From contig NC_088795.1 in the NCBI RefSeq assembly GCF_011386835.1, forward strand, positions 137,392,001 through 137,456,000: a stretch of 64,000 nucleotides of DNA, in the 5' to 3' direction. Positions 22,957-36,167 of the stretch are shown here, in pieces; within the stretch, counting starts at the first letter, position 1; every line of letters begins with the position of its first letter. The DNA comes from Chrysemys picta bellii. Lineage: Eukaryota. A program made the position numbers and the translations under genes. The notes under the pieces were generated by a model. It was given only the letters and a program-made list of their open reading frames with translations, made no database searches and was not told the origin of the DNA.

Positions 22957-25900
22957 AAAACCTGCCTGACTAAGTAGCTGCCTGGGAAGAAGATCTGATA
23001 CTATAGCACTCTTCAGTCCAGCAGACAAAGGCATAACAAGCTCCAGGGGCTCGAACCTGAAGCTAGATAAATTCAAGCTTGAAATAAAGTGCACATTTTT
23101 AGCAATGAGATAATTAAACATTGGAACAATTTATCTGGGGTCAGGATGTGGTGAATTCTCGATCACTTGAAAACGTAAATGAAGATTTATTTGGCTGTCA
23201 GGTATGCTCTAACTTAACCACAAGTTACGTGCTTGATGCAGGAATCACTTGCTATTATTCTGTGATGTGTTGCTATGCAGATGATCAGTCTAGATATCAT
23301 AATGTTCCATGTGGCCTTGAAATATATGAATGGGAGCCACCCTGGTTGTCGCTCTTAAGCTCCACCACAATATAAATGTTAAGTTATCTTCACAGTGGAT
23401 ACTGTATTTGCTTTATGGTCACCATCTTAAGAAATGTGTAGCAGAAATGAGAGAGGCTGTAGAGGGAAGTCCAGCAACAATTTATTAACGTATAGAGAGA
23501 TTCAGGAGTAGATTCAAGGCTGGTTGCATGTGCAAAGAAAGTCAATTTGTGTGCGCGATTAGCTCAGCCCCAGTTGAACTTGCGGGTGGCTGACCATTTA
23601 TACATGTAAGTTTCTGATTTGCATGCACCATAGTGGCAATTGAAAGAATAACTCAGACATGCAATTGCACATACTTTTTTATACCTGCAGTTTTGATGCA
23701 GTTCAGATAACTATCTAGGTGTATTAATAAAGACGCTGCTTCTGATATATACTGAAAGAGAGCTGCAGCCCAATGTTTCAGGCTGTGGTGAGAGTTTAAC
23801 ACTAGCAAGAGCACAACTTCTTTTTTTCATTCAGCCTGTTGCATTTTCAGAGGAATAGATCTTTCTCTATGACAATGGAAGTCAGTAGTATAAGTGTCTA
23901 ATTTGACCATTTGAAAAATGAGTGACAGATACAGTTTTTCATTATTATGCTAAAAGCTCCATAGTCAATCAAAGGTGCTTCTTGTCATTGTATATCTTGT
24001 ATTTTGTATGTACCATGCACCTCTCTTCCTTCTTAAAAATGACGTCTTAGTTGGCTTATTAAAGGCCAGCTTTTGTGTCCTCTCCTATTGGGCATGATTA
24101 TGATAAATAAGTTTTTTAATCCAAGACTGATTAAGTAAAGATGCACTGTCATTTCAGCATGAGACAAGTTCCCAGCAGCTTTACTTGCTAGGTTTGTTAT
24201 AATTTAAAGTGTGGAAATGCCTGGTGAGAAGCATTTGGATATTAATTCCCTCCTCTTCTCTTTTTTAACGCAGCCTGCAAAGTCAGTTACAAAACTAATT
24301 AGCTAACATTAATACAAACACCGCTCCAGGGAATTAAAACTTAATTTTCGGTGATGATGAAAGTGTCTGAGAAAATTTATTTGTTGACATGCATAGTACC
24401 TAACACAATTGTAGCCAAATGCTGCTGTTCACTTATTTCTGAAAAAACAGAGATCCTCTCTGTGGGGTATTTTATGTATCTATGCATTTATCTGTATCCT
24501 ATTTACAGAATTAAAATTCAAAGAGTGACTGTCAGTAGCCTGGAAACTCTAATTCTGTCGCATGGTATCAAATGAGAACTCTAGAGCAGGTTTTAAAGAC
24601 CATGTGGGACACCTTTTTCAGAGTTAGGCATGCACCACAGAACATGTACATTGGTGCATGCCTGACTAATGTAGGGTAATACCTGATGTGTGTGCACAAA
24701 AATAGGTATTTGTGTATGCACATAAACAGATGCCAAACTAACCATATGCATTCAAACTTTGAATCAAACCCCAATATCTGAATTGTAGCTACGCCTCTTA
24801 TATTTCTAAGAGCCTAAAATATATGCATGCAATTGTGTGTGCATTCAGATTATAAAAGCAAGCATATAGCCCAGTTGGGGTAAGAGCTGCAGGGAGCAAG
24901 ACTACTCCTGCAGGAGATCCCGGGGAAAGGGAGAGAGCCACAGCATGCAGGGTGACTCCCGGGTGGGCTGCCTGCTGAGTGTTTGTGTGCCCCTCCTCAA
25001 AGCTGGCAGCTGAGTTTGGAGATTGAGAAAAAGGTGGCCCCGGAGGGCTGTAGTGGAGCCCAGGAGCAGGGTGGAAGACTTTTTGGACTTGATGCCCCAG
25101 AAGAGGCTAGACTTTGGGGCCTTAGCTGGACGGCCAAATCACTTTAGCCAACATCTGCCAAATTCCCTGTACCAGTGGGAATCCACCAGTTCACACAGGC
25201 CATTTATTTTTTGGTTTTCCATCTTTGATTAAATTACCCGTGATATACATTGCGTTGGGCTTTGAGGAAAGGTCAGAGAGATTTGAATATTTTTCATCTC
25301 GGCATCCTACTTGGTTTGGCGGTGCTAGAATTGAAGGTATTTATCAAAGACGAGTCAGTGAGAAGAAGACGTTTTCATTCTGCATCAGTATTGCTCTCAG
25401 TCTTGCCCTGGGAAAAGACTGATTTTTCGAAGAAATGGGGGGACTGAGTTTGTGCTTGCTGGACTGCAGATTTCTGCTCAAATATACTAAATTTAGTGTG
25501 TTGTGTGATAGGAAGATAGGAACTGTTCACATAAGATAGGGTCAGCAGTTTGGTGCTGCTTGCACGATCTGAAATCTCATCAGCTTTTTTCCCTAAAGTG
25601 TTAAGTAACAGACCACAGGTCGGGTCCGTTTTGATGATACTGTCTACTTGAGAATTTTAATCAAGAAGAAACTGGGTTTCAGCATTTCACACAGAGCGAA
25701 ACTTCCTTTGAAGCCTGTATGTAACTGTAACTATTCATTACATTCCCTCCACTGGATAGATTTGCACCATTGTTGCATATTTAAAAATTACAAAGAGATA
25801 CAGAGCTGATGAGGCAAATTTCTTTAAGCTACTGGTCTCCATCGAGTGCTCCAGTGCAGCTTTGTACAGAGGGCCATGAAAGAGGAAAGAGAGAATCCAT

Positions 25901-26419
25901 AAGGATGCTTGAGAGAAATGACTGCTGTTTTGCATGGCAAGATGAACTAAATGCAAAAATCTAATTTCACTTGAAGAGACTGTAGTGCACATGGACAGCT
26001 ATGAGGCTTGGACATCATTGTAAAACAGAGCTCCGTCCAGATCAGAGCGACACTGAAAAATCCCAATGAAAAGTAATCTGGTGAGTTAACAAAATTCACC
26101 CCAAAGCTGATGACGATCAACATCCCTGCAAACAGAAGATCTAGAATCAGTTGAGAGTTAAAAATGTTGAGTGTAAGGAATTGCTAATGAGAGAGCTTGA
26201 GGACTTGCCTGGGTTTATGTATGAATAAAGTCCCAAGCTCCTGGAATTGAATATTAAAAAGAAACCATTCTGTAGTGGAAAGGAGGTATAGAGCTTCTAT
26301 GCAGAAAATGCAAAAGGGGCAGATAAGAAGGGTAGAAAAATAAGCAAGTTTCTCATACTAGGAATGTGGCAAGGACTCATAAGGCTGCCTAAGCTGCTGG
26401 AGAGATCATTTTCAAGGTA

Positions 26420-29400
26420 GATAAAATCTTGTTTTCTGCAGCCCAGAGGCTCCCACAATTTTGATATGTATGGGCTATTCCCCTCCTGTCTGCAGTTTCC
26501 AGAGGAGGTTCAAAGCTGCAGAGTAGCCTGTCTCCTGCTTGCTGACAGATCTTCTGCCTCCGCAGCAGCAAAATGGCGGTTTGCTTCACTCCTGTCCTTT
26601 TCTTTTAGATTTGTTATTTTTAGGTGTTTTCCGGGCAGTTAAAGGTTTTTTTGTTTGTTTGTTTTCAAGCCTTCTCTTGGTCTGAGATCTGAGCAGTGTG
26701 GTGGTCACAGCCACCTGGAGCCTCTGCTACAGCGCCTCCCTGCTGAGCTCCCCTTTCCAGAGCAGTGGACTGAATCCAAAAGGTGCTCTGTATATGAGGC
26801 AGCATTCCCAGGCATGGCAGAAGGTAAAAAATGCCCAACCTGCACCGAGCCAGCAAACCCTGTCTTTGCTAAGGCACAAGGCTCTGAGTCGGACAGGCAT
26901 GTTGTGGCCCCAACCCCCCAAGAAGCCATGATTCCACCACAGGGAAACCTGACCAGGAGACAGCGCAGAATAGGAAGAGGCTCTGAGGATGCAGACTTCA
27001 TCCGGCTGACCCCGGGGTAGGTCCTGGCGTAACAAAGGACCATAAAAATAAGACCCTGTCTGGGCTCCTGGCTCCGTGTCCCCCTTCCCTCCCCCTCCTA
27101 CCCCCCCGCAAGTTATAAATTGGGTCCCAGAATCCCTTGGAAAAGAAGCAGGGGACCTACACTGCTCTCTTCCTCCCACTGTGAATTGGGGTGTTCTCAT
27201 TATACTTTGAAGTAAGTCCTGCAAAACCCAGAGACTCCGTGTCCCAAAAAGGCGAAGGCAAGTGTGTCCTTCACAAAGCAGCAATTAGTATCATTAATAA
27301 ATAAGTGAGGTGAAAGCCAGGGGATAAAACCGCCTTCTCCTTTGCCTTCTGCCCCATGAGGGAGCATTTGCTGGGGTTTGTCTCTGTCATAGTCTCTCTC
27401 ACAGTGTTCGGTAACGTGCTCAGCAGCCCTCCATCACCCTGCAATATGTCTGACCAAGCAGAGAAGCCTGTACCTGCCTCAGATTGCAGCCTCATGGAAA
27501 CTGAGCCTGTCTGGCTTTCAGCCCAAGGACCCTCATTCTGCCAGGGAAAGGGGCTCAGATTTGAGGCAGCAGAAGAATGGGAGTTGTGCCTTCTGATCAT
27601 CAGCCATAAACCCTTGCACTCTGAAAGTCGGGAAAGGGTCTCTCTCTCTCCACACCAAACTGCCTCCACATTAAAGGCTTGAGTATTTCAGGCAGCCTGT
27701 GACCAGAGATACATGAGGATTTTTCCCCCCATGAAGCTGCACTGTCACGGGATTACAGAGGGATAAATTATAAATCCCTTCCCAAGATGAAAATTATCCT
27801 GATTTCCTAAGTAAAAGCTCCCAAGTGGTACCAGGTTGCTCCTACAGCATTTAGCCTGGGGGAACAGGCAAGACAGCCTTTCAGGCTCCTGGGGACAGCT
27901 AACAAGCTATTTTCACAATTGAGATATATGTACCAGGAGCCCATCTCTCTTGTTTGGTCCCCAGATTAGTATCAGTAGTGTACAACCTCCCCCTGGGATT
28001 AGCCAGGGAAAGAAGTACCACACATATCAAAAAAAGGAAGAAAGAAAGAAAAAGAAAAAAGGAACCACAAAACCCACTACACCAAAAGAACACAACACAA
28101 AAATAAGCCAACCAACCTACAGAACGTTTTCCAGGACAGAATGTCAGTCAATGGGCTGCAAGGAATTTATTAATAAAATATCCAGCAGACTGTACAGGAC
28201 ATAATTCGAATTTGTGCCCCCTGACAATGAACTCAGCTCAGTCAGTGGCGGGACTCTCCATTGGCCCCTAGGCCGGACAAAGACAGCCACTCAGAGGTGC
28301 ATTCTTATACACAGGTACAAACAAGTTACACATCACTCCTGACGCATTGAGGTACAACCCCTCTATGTGTGCCTCTCTCCTGGTACATGTTGGTTCGAAC
28401 AAACAACTCTATCCATCATTATCTTTTTGACCCTGTCTTTAGGATGGGTCAGCCTGTTCCTCGTTATCTCTGTGGAATGTGTTCGTACCAGAATATTCTG
28501 GTGCCATCCGGGCACAAATTCATCCTGTTAGTACTTGATACCTTTTAGATATGTGTATATGTGAAATTAGCAACCTTCTTCTTGCCAACTTCTGTGAGCA
28601 GGGCCTGCCTCTGGCTCACAGCTTAACTTTGCTTTATGTTCGCAAAGTCTTGACCATTACTTGAGTTCAGGCATCATACCGGGCCTCTGATACCAAGGGT
28701 TTATATTTCAAGGCCTCATCTTTCTACATTCCCCCACTTCTTGTCTTTTTATGGGGAGGATGTTTAGCCATTGTCCCGGAAAAGTATAATGCATGGACTA
28801 AAGATAACCCAATGGGCTAAACACGGTTATGTGGTTACCTTATTTCACCATCCATACACTCATGCCCGTCTTTTTAGTCTGCAGATTCCCTTGTACGACT
28901 GATAGACAGATTTTATTATCCAATTTTTTTTTAGTCCCTTACCCCCTATCCAACCCACCTGTCCCCTGATTGCCCCCCAGGACTCCCTGCCCCTTATCCA
29001 ACCCCCCTGCTCCCCGCCTCCTTACCATGCCACTCAGAGCAGCAGGACTGGCAGCCGTAAGTAGTACACCGTAAGCAGCACATTCTTACGGGGAGCAATT
29101 TAATACACTACACAGACTCTTCCTTCTGATCCACCCTCTGCACCCAGAGTCTTAAGTGACTGGTGGTAGTCACAGCAAGAGACAGCATGCAGTGCCACAA
29201 CCGAAACTCTGGATTGCTGCCAAGAACATGGCTTCTCAATAACACCAGGAAAAGCTGCCTAATTCCCTCGACCCATGATTCACCTGGGAGTGGAGACAGA
29301 CACTACAATGACAAAGAGCTACCAATCACTAGACAGATTTCAGATGATCCAGGACACAGTATCCATGCTGGACAAATGTATGAGACCAACCATAGCTCAG

Positions 29401-31450
29401 TGACTCTACCCACTGGGCCTTCTGGGTGTGTTTAGTTAGATAGGTCTCCCATGGGCAAGATCAAATATCAGGAGTTTCCAGGCCTTTCTTCTGGGAGTAT
29501 GGGATCATTCCCCAGAGCAAATGCAAGATCAGGTACTGGTGCCCAACCAGATGCTGGATCCCCTAAGACAATGGACAGACCCAAAAGTGTCCTCAGGGGT
29601 CTTTCTGTGTCTTCCGGGCCTGCAGGTTCTCACAACAGACACCATTCTGAAGATATAGGAAGCACTTCTGGGACCCAGAACAGCATAAGAGTATCTGGAG
29701 CTCAGGGGAAAGGAACCACAGCATCAAGCTGTCATACTAGCTCTGTTGAGATTGCAGAGCTATCTAGACATCAACTAGGCCTTGGTCCGATTAGACAGCA
29801 CAGCCACGGTTGCATACAGAAACAACCGAGGGGGAGCAAGGATTGTAGCTCTGCATGCAAATTAATAAAGACAATGAAATGGGAAGACAGGACTCCCCTT
29901 TCATTAAAGGCAGTACATATAAAAGGAGAGCTGAACCAAAAAGTATACTGTCTCAGCAGATACAAGGTTAAGTACTTGGAGTGATGTCTGAACCAGGAAG
30001 TCCTTCACTCTGATCTTGCAAATGTTCGGTCTCCCCTCAGTTGACCTATTTGCCAAGTGCAGGGATGCAGAACAGACAAAATCCTTCAACTAAGTACACC
30101 CCAAGTCCATGGGGACAGATGCCTGCAAGGACTGTGATGTGCATTCGCACCCTTCTCTCTCCTAGGAAAGGTGATCCAAAAGGTGAGAAGAAGCAATGGT
30201 GATCGTGCTCTCACTCTACTGGCCAGGGAGAAACTGGTTCTCTGATATGACACATGTGAAGCTGAAACCGCTGTTGCAATTTTGGACAGCCTCTGGAAAT
30301 AGCAATATGTATCAAAATTGTGGGAGGTGCTGCTAGCAGAATAGAAATTATTGGGAAAGATATTTTCGATTCTTGACATCTCTCCACTACAAATAAATTA
30401 AACCTCCTAATGAAGATAAAGTGAGTAGCATACAGTTTACTGTGTTTCATTGTCTTCTGGAGATCTTCTTTGCACTGGATGCACAGGCCAGTTGCAGCTC
30501 TAAAAACTAAGAATCCAGAAGGATCTGCATCTCCAGAACTGATTCTGAAAAATGAAGTATTTAAGATTGCTCTAAAAACCATTAATGAATCTCTACATCT
30601 TGGAAAAACACTTTATATTCTTTCAGTTTTTGTGGCTTTTTTTTTTTTTTTTTTAAGAGAAGTTATTTTTCTGGAATTCTTCCTCTTGTATTTCGCCTTC
30701 TGCTACTCATTTTCAACTTCAGGGCCCCCCATTATATTATTCCTGCTCTCCCCACTAAGGATAATTTGACCCTAGAATCCCTTTAGAATCTTTGCATTGT
30801 TGCATTGTGTGTCAATCAGTCTCTTGACATATGTCTGTTCTCTAGTACTGCATAACCATATTGATGTTACTCTTACTTCCACAACCCCTCCTTACTCTCT
30901 TGTTTCCCCCTTTTTGTGTCACACAGCATTGGAGTGCGTAAGCTCCTTAAGGATCACATCTTTTTGTTTTGGTAGGTGCTAAACCCCTTTGGGGCATCAG
31001 TCGAAGAAATAATAAAGGTGACATGCTGTTTTCTACTCTTGCTCCTTTTTTAGTGCATAACAATATAAGATGATAAAGGTAAAAACGAGTGTTTGTTTTA
31101 TCTTCATTACAATTTTTAGTAATAAATCATGTCGCTGTTTTTTAACCAAGATTTACAAGTAGCAGTTGAGACCCAAAATACTGTTGGTTTTTTTTTCCTT
31201 CATAGAAGAATTGATGTCCCTTTCGAGAAGCCATCAGAATCCGAGGAGGATTTCACTAGAATCTTCTTTTCTCTCTCCAGATAAGAACACACACTGCCCA
31301 TGCAAAATGTATCTCCCTAGCTCTATAACGCAAAACCTTCATTAAACCATCAACCCCATTGACAGTCTTTCAGCAGGGATATATGTGCACAGATTAAGTG
31401 TACAAAATGTCTCTCTCTTGGGGAAAAATAAGGTCTTCATTAAGGAATAT
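26420..31450 (+). mobile_element. Decayed DIRS-type tyrosine-recombinase retrotransposon (ends uncertain)
   Basis: RT remnants at 27860 and 29120-29300 (APRV; HGFSI..KSCLIP). RNase H remnants at 29790-29960 (STATVAY.N..GG; LKAVHIKGELNQK..CLSR). Methyltransferase-like FGLPSVDLFA and AFxP...WP..NWF at 30025-30245. Cys-rich gag-like start at ~26815; recombinase-like remnant at ~30450-30600. Confidence 0.72.
27929..28940 (-). mobile_element. ERV-like 3' LTR with polypurine tract and ~200 bp of internal sequence
   Basis: Minus strand PPT AAAAAGACAAGAAGTGGGGGAA (28729-28750) directly precedes TGTAGAAAG (28728); AATAAA near 28168. The LTR 3' end is ambiguous (28142 or 27929) and no TSD was found. 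Confidence 0.6.
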
Positions 31451-32536
31451 TTATTTCTATAACCCATTTTTATAGTGGATCTTATTTTTTGTTACATGAT
31501 TTCCTTTATACAAATATGAAAAGCAACCAGGCTTTACATCAGGGAGCTTAACACGTAACTAGGGCAATATCGTTAAAATATGCACACAGGCAGAACTGCC
31601 AAACTGCAACCGGTGCAGGTTAAGTACGCAGGCTATATTTGTTGGGTTGCCTTTTGAAAGGACTTCCTTATCCTTAGATGAGCTGTCAGTCGGTTTGAAA
31701 CACAGGAAGTGGTTTTCCATCTTAAAATATAACCATACAGTTGTTGAGATAGAGCCAGACTTTATTCTGAAATAGATGTCTGTTGTAATAACTGGCAATA
31801 ATAGCCAGCATTTATACAGTATTCCACATATTCAGATTACTCATACTGAAAGGTACAATCCTTTGTTGAAATGAATGGTAGTTGCAGAGCTAAATCCTTG
31901 TCCAATTGTGAAAATGTAGGCAGTAATGTCACTTCAAAGTTGTTTGTATTTTCACAGTGTTGCCAGGATTTTATCCCATAACGTTTCTGTTGATTTCAAC
32001 AGGAGTGATGTTGCTAAACCCCACACTGTGCTTAGTAAACTAAACGTACTTGTAAGAGTTGGTTCATTCTTCTTTTGGACATCTTTTTCAGGACAGCTTG
32101 TTCTCTGATTTTGCAGCCATTATACAAAGCACTTTATGATAGCTGAAGGGGACAATTATGGGAACGACTACTCAACAATCTGCTTCACACTTGCTTTAGT
32201 TTGCGATCTGCTGAGTGTATTTTAAGTGTTCTAAAACTCTGGAGGTTTAATAGATCAGTGAGTGGTTCCTTACCACTGCTGAGTTTGTCTGGCAAGTAGT
32301 CAAAAAGATCAACATAGGCACAGAAAATCTGATTTCTAGGATTTCCCTTTACGTTGTTTGTGGCGATGTCTCAAATCAGTGCTATTGTATAGCTTGTTGC
32401 TTTTGCTAATCTTTTAGAAATCAGACCAAGATTTGCTATTTAATTTTGTGTTGGTGAAAGGTGCTGGATTGAAATCCTACAAAGTGAAGTCCTCTGTCCA
32501 TAGAAGAGGCATAGTGGTCTGAGCCTCACCACATCA

Positions 32537-33600
32537 TCCTGGGGGAATTCTGCGCCAAAAAATTAAAAATTCTGCAGACAATATTTTAAAATTCTGTATA
32601 TTTTATTTGTCAAAATAACATAACATAATCACACCAGTAATTTATTCAAAATACCTGTCAACAAGCATGTCAACAATACACACAACAACAAAAGATCCTC
32701 CCCACCCCACCCCCAGAGTAGAGAGTTAAAGAAATCCCTATGACAACCCAGTTCCACTTGGGGGGTACTGAAGGGGGCTGGGTGGGGCTCCCAGAGCCCA
32801 GACACTTACACTCCCCTTCCCCCAGAGCCTAGACACTCACACCCACCCTGGAGCCCAGGCACGGAGTACCCCCAAAGCCTAGATATCCACGCCACCCTTT
32901 CCTAGAGCCCAGCCGTGGACACCCCAAGAACCCAGAAACTCTCACTCCTCTCCCCCCCAATGCCCAGCCATGGGCATCCCCAGAGCCCAGACATCTGCAC
33001 CCCCTCTCCCCAGAGTCCAGCCACAGGTCCAGCTCTAGCGCTTTTGACGCCCCAAGCAGCCAAAAAAAAAAAAAAAAAAAAAAGCCGCGATCGGTGGCAG
33101 CTCTACCGCCGCTTCATTCCACGGCGGCAATTCGATGGCAGGTCCTTCGCTCCGAGAGGGAGTGATGGCCCTGCCGCCGGACGTGCCGCCCCCCCCCCCC
33201 CCCTTCGTTTGTCACCCCAGGCACCTGCTTGCTACTCTGGTACCTGGAGTCGCCCTGCCCAGACACTCACACCCCACTCCCTCCAGAGCCCAGCCGTGGG
33301 GCAGCACCCGTCTCAGACACCTGCACCCCCAGAGCCTTTATCCACCCCAGCTTCTTTACCGTCTTGCCAGGGACCGTGGTATGGTGCAGCCCTGCCCTTC
33401 CTCACCCTTTGCCAAACCAGGCAGCCAGAGCATGCAATCTCTATCCCCCGGGCTGGGCATTCTGCTCATTGAGAGCTGGGCTCTGCAGAGTCCAGCAGCC
33501 CCTAGTGGCTCCCAGAAGCTCTGCAGCCCCAGTTCTGCAGGAAAAACGTGAAATTCTGCACAAATTCTGCGTTGCGCAGTGGTGCAGAATTCCCCCAGGA
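32537..33600. mobile_element. Non-autonomous DNA transposon with C-rich internal repeats
   Basis: 17-bp TIR TCCTGGGGGAATTCTGC / GCAGAATTCCCCCAGGA; repeated AAATTCTGC subterminal motifs; no clear TSD, so the superfamily is not assigned. Confidence 0.8.
33024..33257. mobile_element. hAT MITE nested in the previous element
   Basis: Ends CAGGTCCAGCTCTAG / CTGGAGTCGCCCTG; 8-bp TSD TCCAGCCA / CCCAGACA (6 of 8 match). Confidence 0.75.
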
Positions 33601-34418
33601 GTACAATGTGTCTCAACTCTAGGGATGAGAGGAGTGGTCTTTTAGTCTCCTATTTGGTGCCTTAGCTGATACTGCCAACAAGAGTGCAAAACCGGATGAT
33701 GATTTGTATAATGTGGATACCGATCCATGGGAACTACAGTAAAACAGCTTTTCACATAAAGCACCAAACTGAAACAAGACTAGATAGCAGAGATTGTTGG
33801 TCACTATTGACAGTGTCTACATTCACACCAGGGACCTGCAGCTATATATCCTATTTCAAATTCACCGAGTCAGTGTTTTCGCTCCCCACTTCCTGTCTGT
33901 GGGTGGAAATGGCAGAGTAGAAGAGAGATGGGGAACAAGGATGTTCTTAACCTCAGCAATGAATGAGTTGAGCAGAAGTCAGCTGGACAAGAGAGGAAGA
34001 GAGACAGAAGGAGGTGCACTGTTTAAAGAAAATACAGAAATTATGGCTCTAAAGGACTGTCTGCTAAACCTAAATTTGTTCCCTGTGCTGGTATGTTATA
34101 TCCTCTTCTGCCATCCTGAGACTGTCGTCTTAGGTTGGCCGAGAAAGGGAATCATCTTATTTTGTTTGCAAATTGCATAACACATCTTGAGTCCTGCAAA
34201 TAATAATTAGTTGATTTTTTTGACCTACCAATAGTAAGAACATTGAAAGGATGGGGTGGGGGGGAGGATTTTTAACTTGCAATCTTTGGCAACATATCAG
34301 TAGTCTAGCTTTTTGAGTATAGAATACATTTAGTACTGATATCCATGCTCATTAACCTGGGAAGACAAGAGGACTAGAGTGAAACATAGGCCAGCAGGCT
34401 ATGACATGTCATTCCTAT

Positions 34419-34510
34419 TAGAATCATAGAATATTAGGGTTGAAAGAGACCTCAGGAAGTCATCTAGTCCAACCCCCTGCTCAAAGCAGGACCAACACCA
34501 ACTAAATCAT
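34419..34510 (-). mobile_element. Short young CR1 3' end
   Basis: TAGAATCATAGAAT tail plus GTCATCTAGTCCAACCCCCTGCTCAAAGCAGGACC. Confidence 0.88.
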
Positions 34511-34929
34511 TATTAACTGAATATGACGGATTGGCCTAGTAAACCATTACATCTGAAACTTACTTGTTATAAAAAGAGTACAGCAAGTCAAGACTGACTT
34601 ACATGGTATTCTAGCCAGGCCTTATCAAACCTAGCAAATGGAAATGGTCATGCATTTCAGGTAACAGCTAAACATATTACATGTATTCCAAGCTAGACTA
34701 TCAGAACCCTGTTTGTTCCAGGCCAGACCCATGCTAGTAGCGATGGAGTTAAGGAAATTACAAGTTTCCTTTGCTGCCATACAGGAGACAACTTTCTCTG
34801 GGTACAGAAGAGCTCACAGTTGGAAATTATACTTTACTTTACTTCCAGACCATAGAGTAACAGTATTACTCTGGAGGCAGCTGCGTTAAATGAACAGACA
34901 TGAGAAGGTTGGAGGCAGTAAAGATATCT

Positions 34930-35255
34930 TCTTCAGAAGATGACAATTGTATAGTGGAATGATTTTAAGACAAGTTAAGTTAGGAGAGTAGGATGTGAAA
35001 TCGGGATATGGGATTGGCTGCAATTCAGAAGATTACAATGGTGTGCGGACACTGCAGAAGACAGATGATAGGATGCCAATGAAAATAGTGCAAGTACAAC
35101 CAAAGTCAGTCAGACCCAGAGGCCATCCACCGACTAGATGGTCAGACATCATCTGGAGGGACATGACCAAGCCATGGACAGGAATGAATGGTGATACAGT
35201 ACTGTTCCATATGTCTGCAAAGTTGCTTTGGGATCAGAAGTAGTAGTTTTAGTAA
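34930..35255 (+). mobile_element. RTE-clade LINE 3' fragment
   Basis: Encodes RPRGHPPTRWSDII, matching the RTE C-terminal RxRGRPxxRWxD motif; GTA-repeat-like tail at ~35240. Confidence 0.7.
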
Positions 35256-36059
35256 GGTGATTGACAGGTAATAGTAATACAAAAGTGTAATACTAAATAC
35301 AGTACAGTATATAAATCAAAAGAATTTCATTAGTATGCTGATCTTTAAGTGGCTGATGCTATTTGATTATTTACGGGCAGGGTGCCACATCATTCCCATT
35401 CCTGCTGGAATTGATGTTTGACACCTATGTCTCATTACCAATGACTTGATTTGCATTTAGAGCAAGGGACTTTTAACCACAGGAGCTAAAAAGGATATCT
35501 TTTCCTACTACTGCTAAACTAAAATTGGAACTGTAGTCTGCCATGTAGAGACTGCCATTGTATGTTTGAGAGAGAACCATAACACTAAAACTCAACTTGT
35601 AAAGAGAACAATAAAAGATGCCTCTTGTGTTTTAGGAGCTTCTAAAGATTTATTCAGGAACGTGTACTGTATTTTAATAAAACATATTCCTGCAAGCCAT
35701 GCTTGCTGTTCACAGATGCATTTGGAGTGTTGAGAATAATACACAGGGATGTTTAATATTAATTTGTGGTATACCAATATGATAAGCATAATGGCAGCTG
35801 TCTGATTTGTGTAGACATACAAAATTTTCACATTGGAGTGACTTACACCGGTTTATATTTATACAATTGGTTTTATTTAGAAATTGTTCTCATCAGGTTC
35901 CCTTGTGTCATCTTTATGCCCAGTGAAAGCATCAGGAATTTGTTTTGAAGCGTTTGCATGCTGGAGTCCATATCTTTCCATATTCAGTAAAATCTGTTGA
36001 ACATTTTTGTATTCTTTATGTTGGAACAGTGTATTAATACCTCTGTGTTTATTCACTAG

Positions 36060-36167
36060 CAACTACTCCGTGAGATGCAACAGATGGCGAGCCGTCCCTT
36101 TGCCTCCATCAACGTTGCCTTAGAAACAGATGAAGAGCCGCCTGATCTCATTGGAGGAAGCATAAAG
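36060..36167 (+). CDS. ATRN: Attractin exon (108 bp): cytoplasmic tail with MASRPF motif
   Basis: Acceptor TTCACTAG, donor AAG|GTGAGA. Reads QLLREMQQMASRPFASINVALETDEEPPDLIGGSIK (36 codons), the attractin-specific version of the tail. Confidence 0.98.

Larger units (their letters stand above)
20915..23330 (+). mobile_element. Old CR1 3' region (20915-21266 and 22957-23330), host of two younger CR1s
   Basis: AAATGCAAGGTCATGC (KCKVMH) through to a decayed 3' UTR; interrupted at a 7-bp TSD AAAACCT (21260-21266, 22957-22963). Confidence 0.75.
12859..36059 (+). other. ATRN: 23.2-kb GC-AG intron of ATRN
   Basis: Frame continuity RRRE|QLLRE requires a donor at 12859 (GCAGGT). The nearest GT (12863) would add 4 nt and frameshift. 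Confidence 0.85.

Noticed and set aside
24880-26400. Possible extra LTR or LINE remnant upstream of the DIRS
   Set aside because: It looks repeat-derived, but I found no diagnostic motif, termini or TSD, so it is left unassigned.
27899-28940. Circularly permuted ERV (3' internal - LTR - leader/env signal peptide, ORF 27899-28111)
   Set aside because: No primer-binding site is visible, and a TGTA...TACA end at 27929 lets the whole stretch be one LTR. The hydrophobic ORF is explained by a T-rich tract.
32915-33645. Overlapping Pro-rich ORFs of 138-185 aa
   Set aside because: They arise from C-rich repeats and a poly-A run inside nested MITEs; no domain or splice support.
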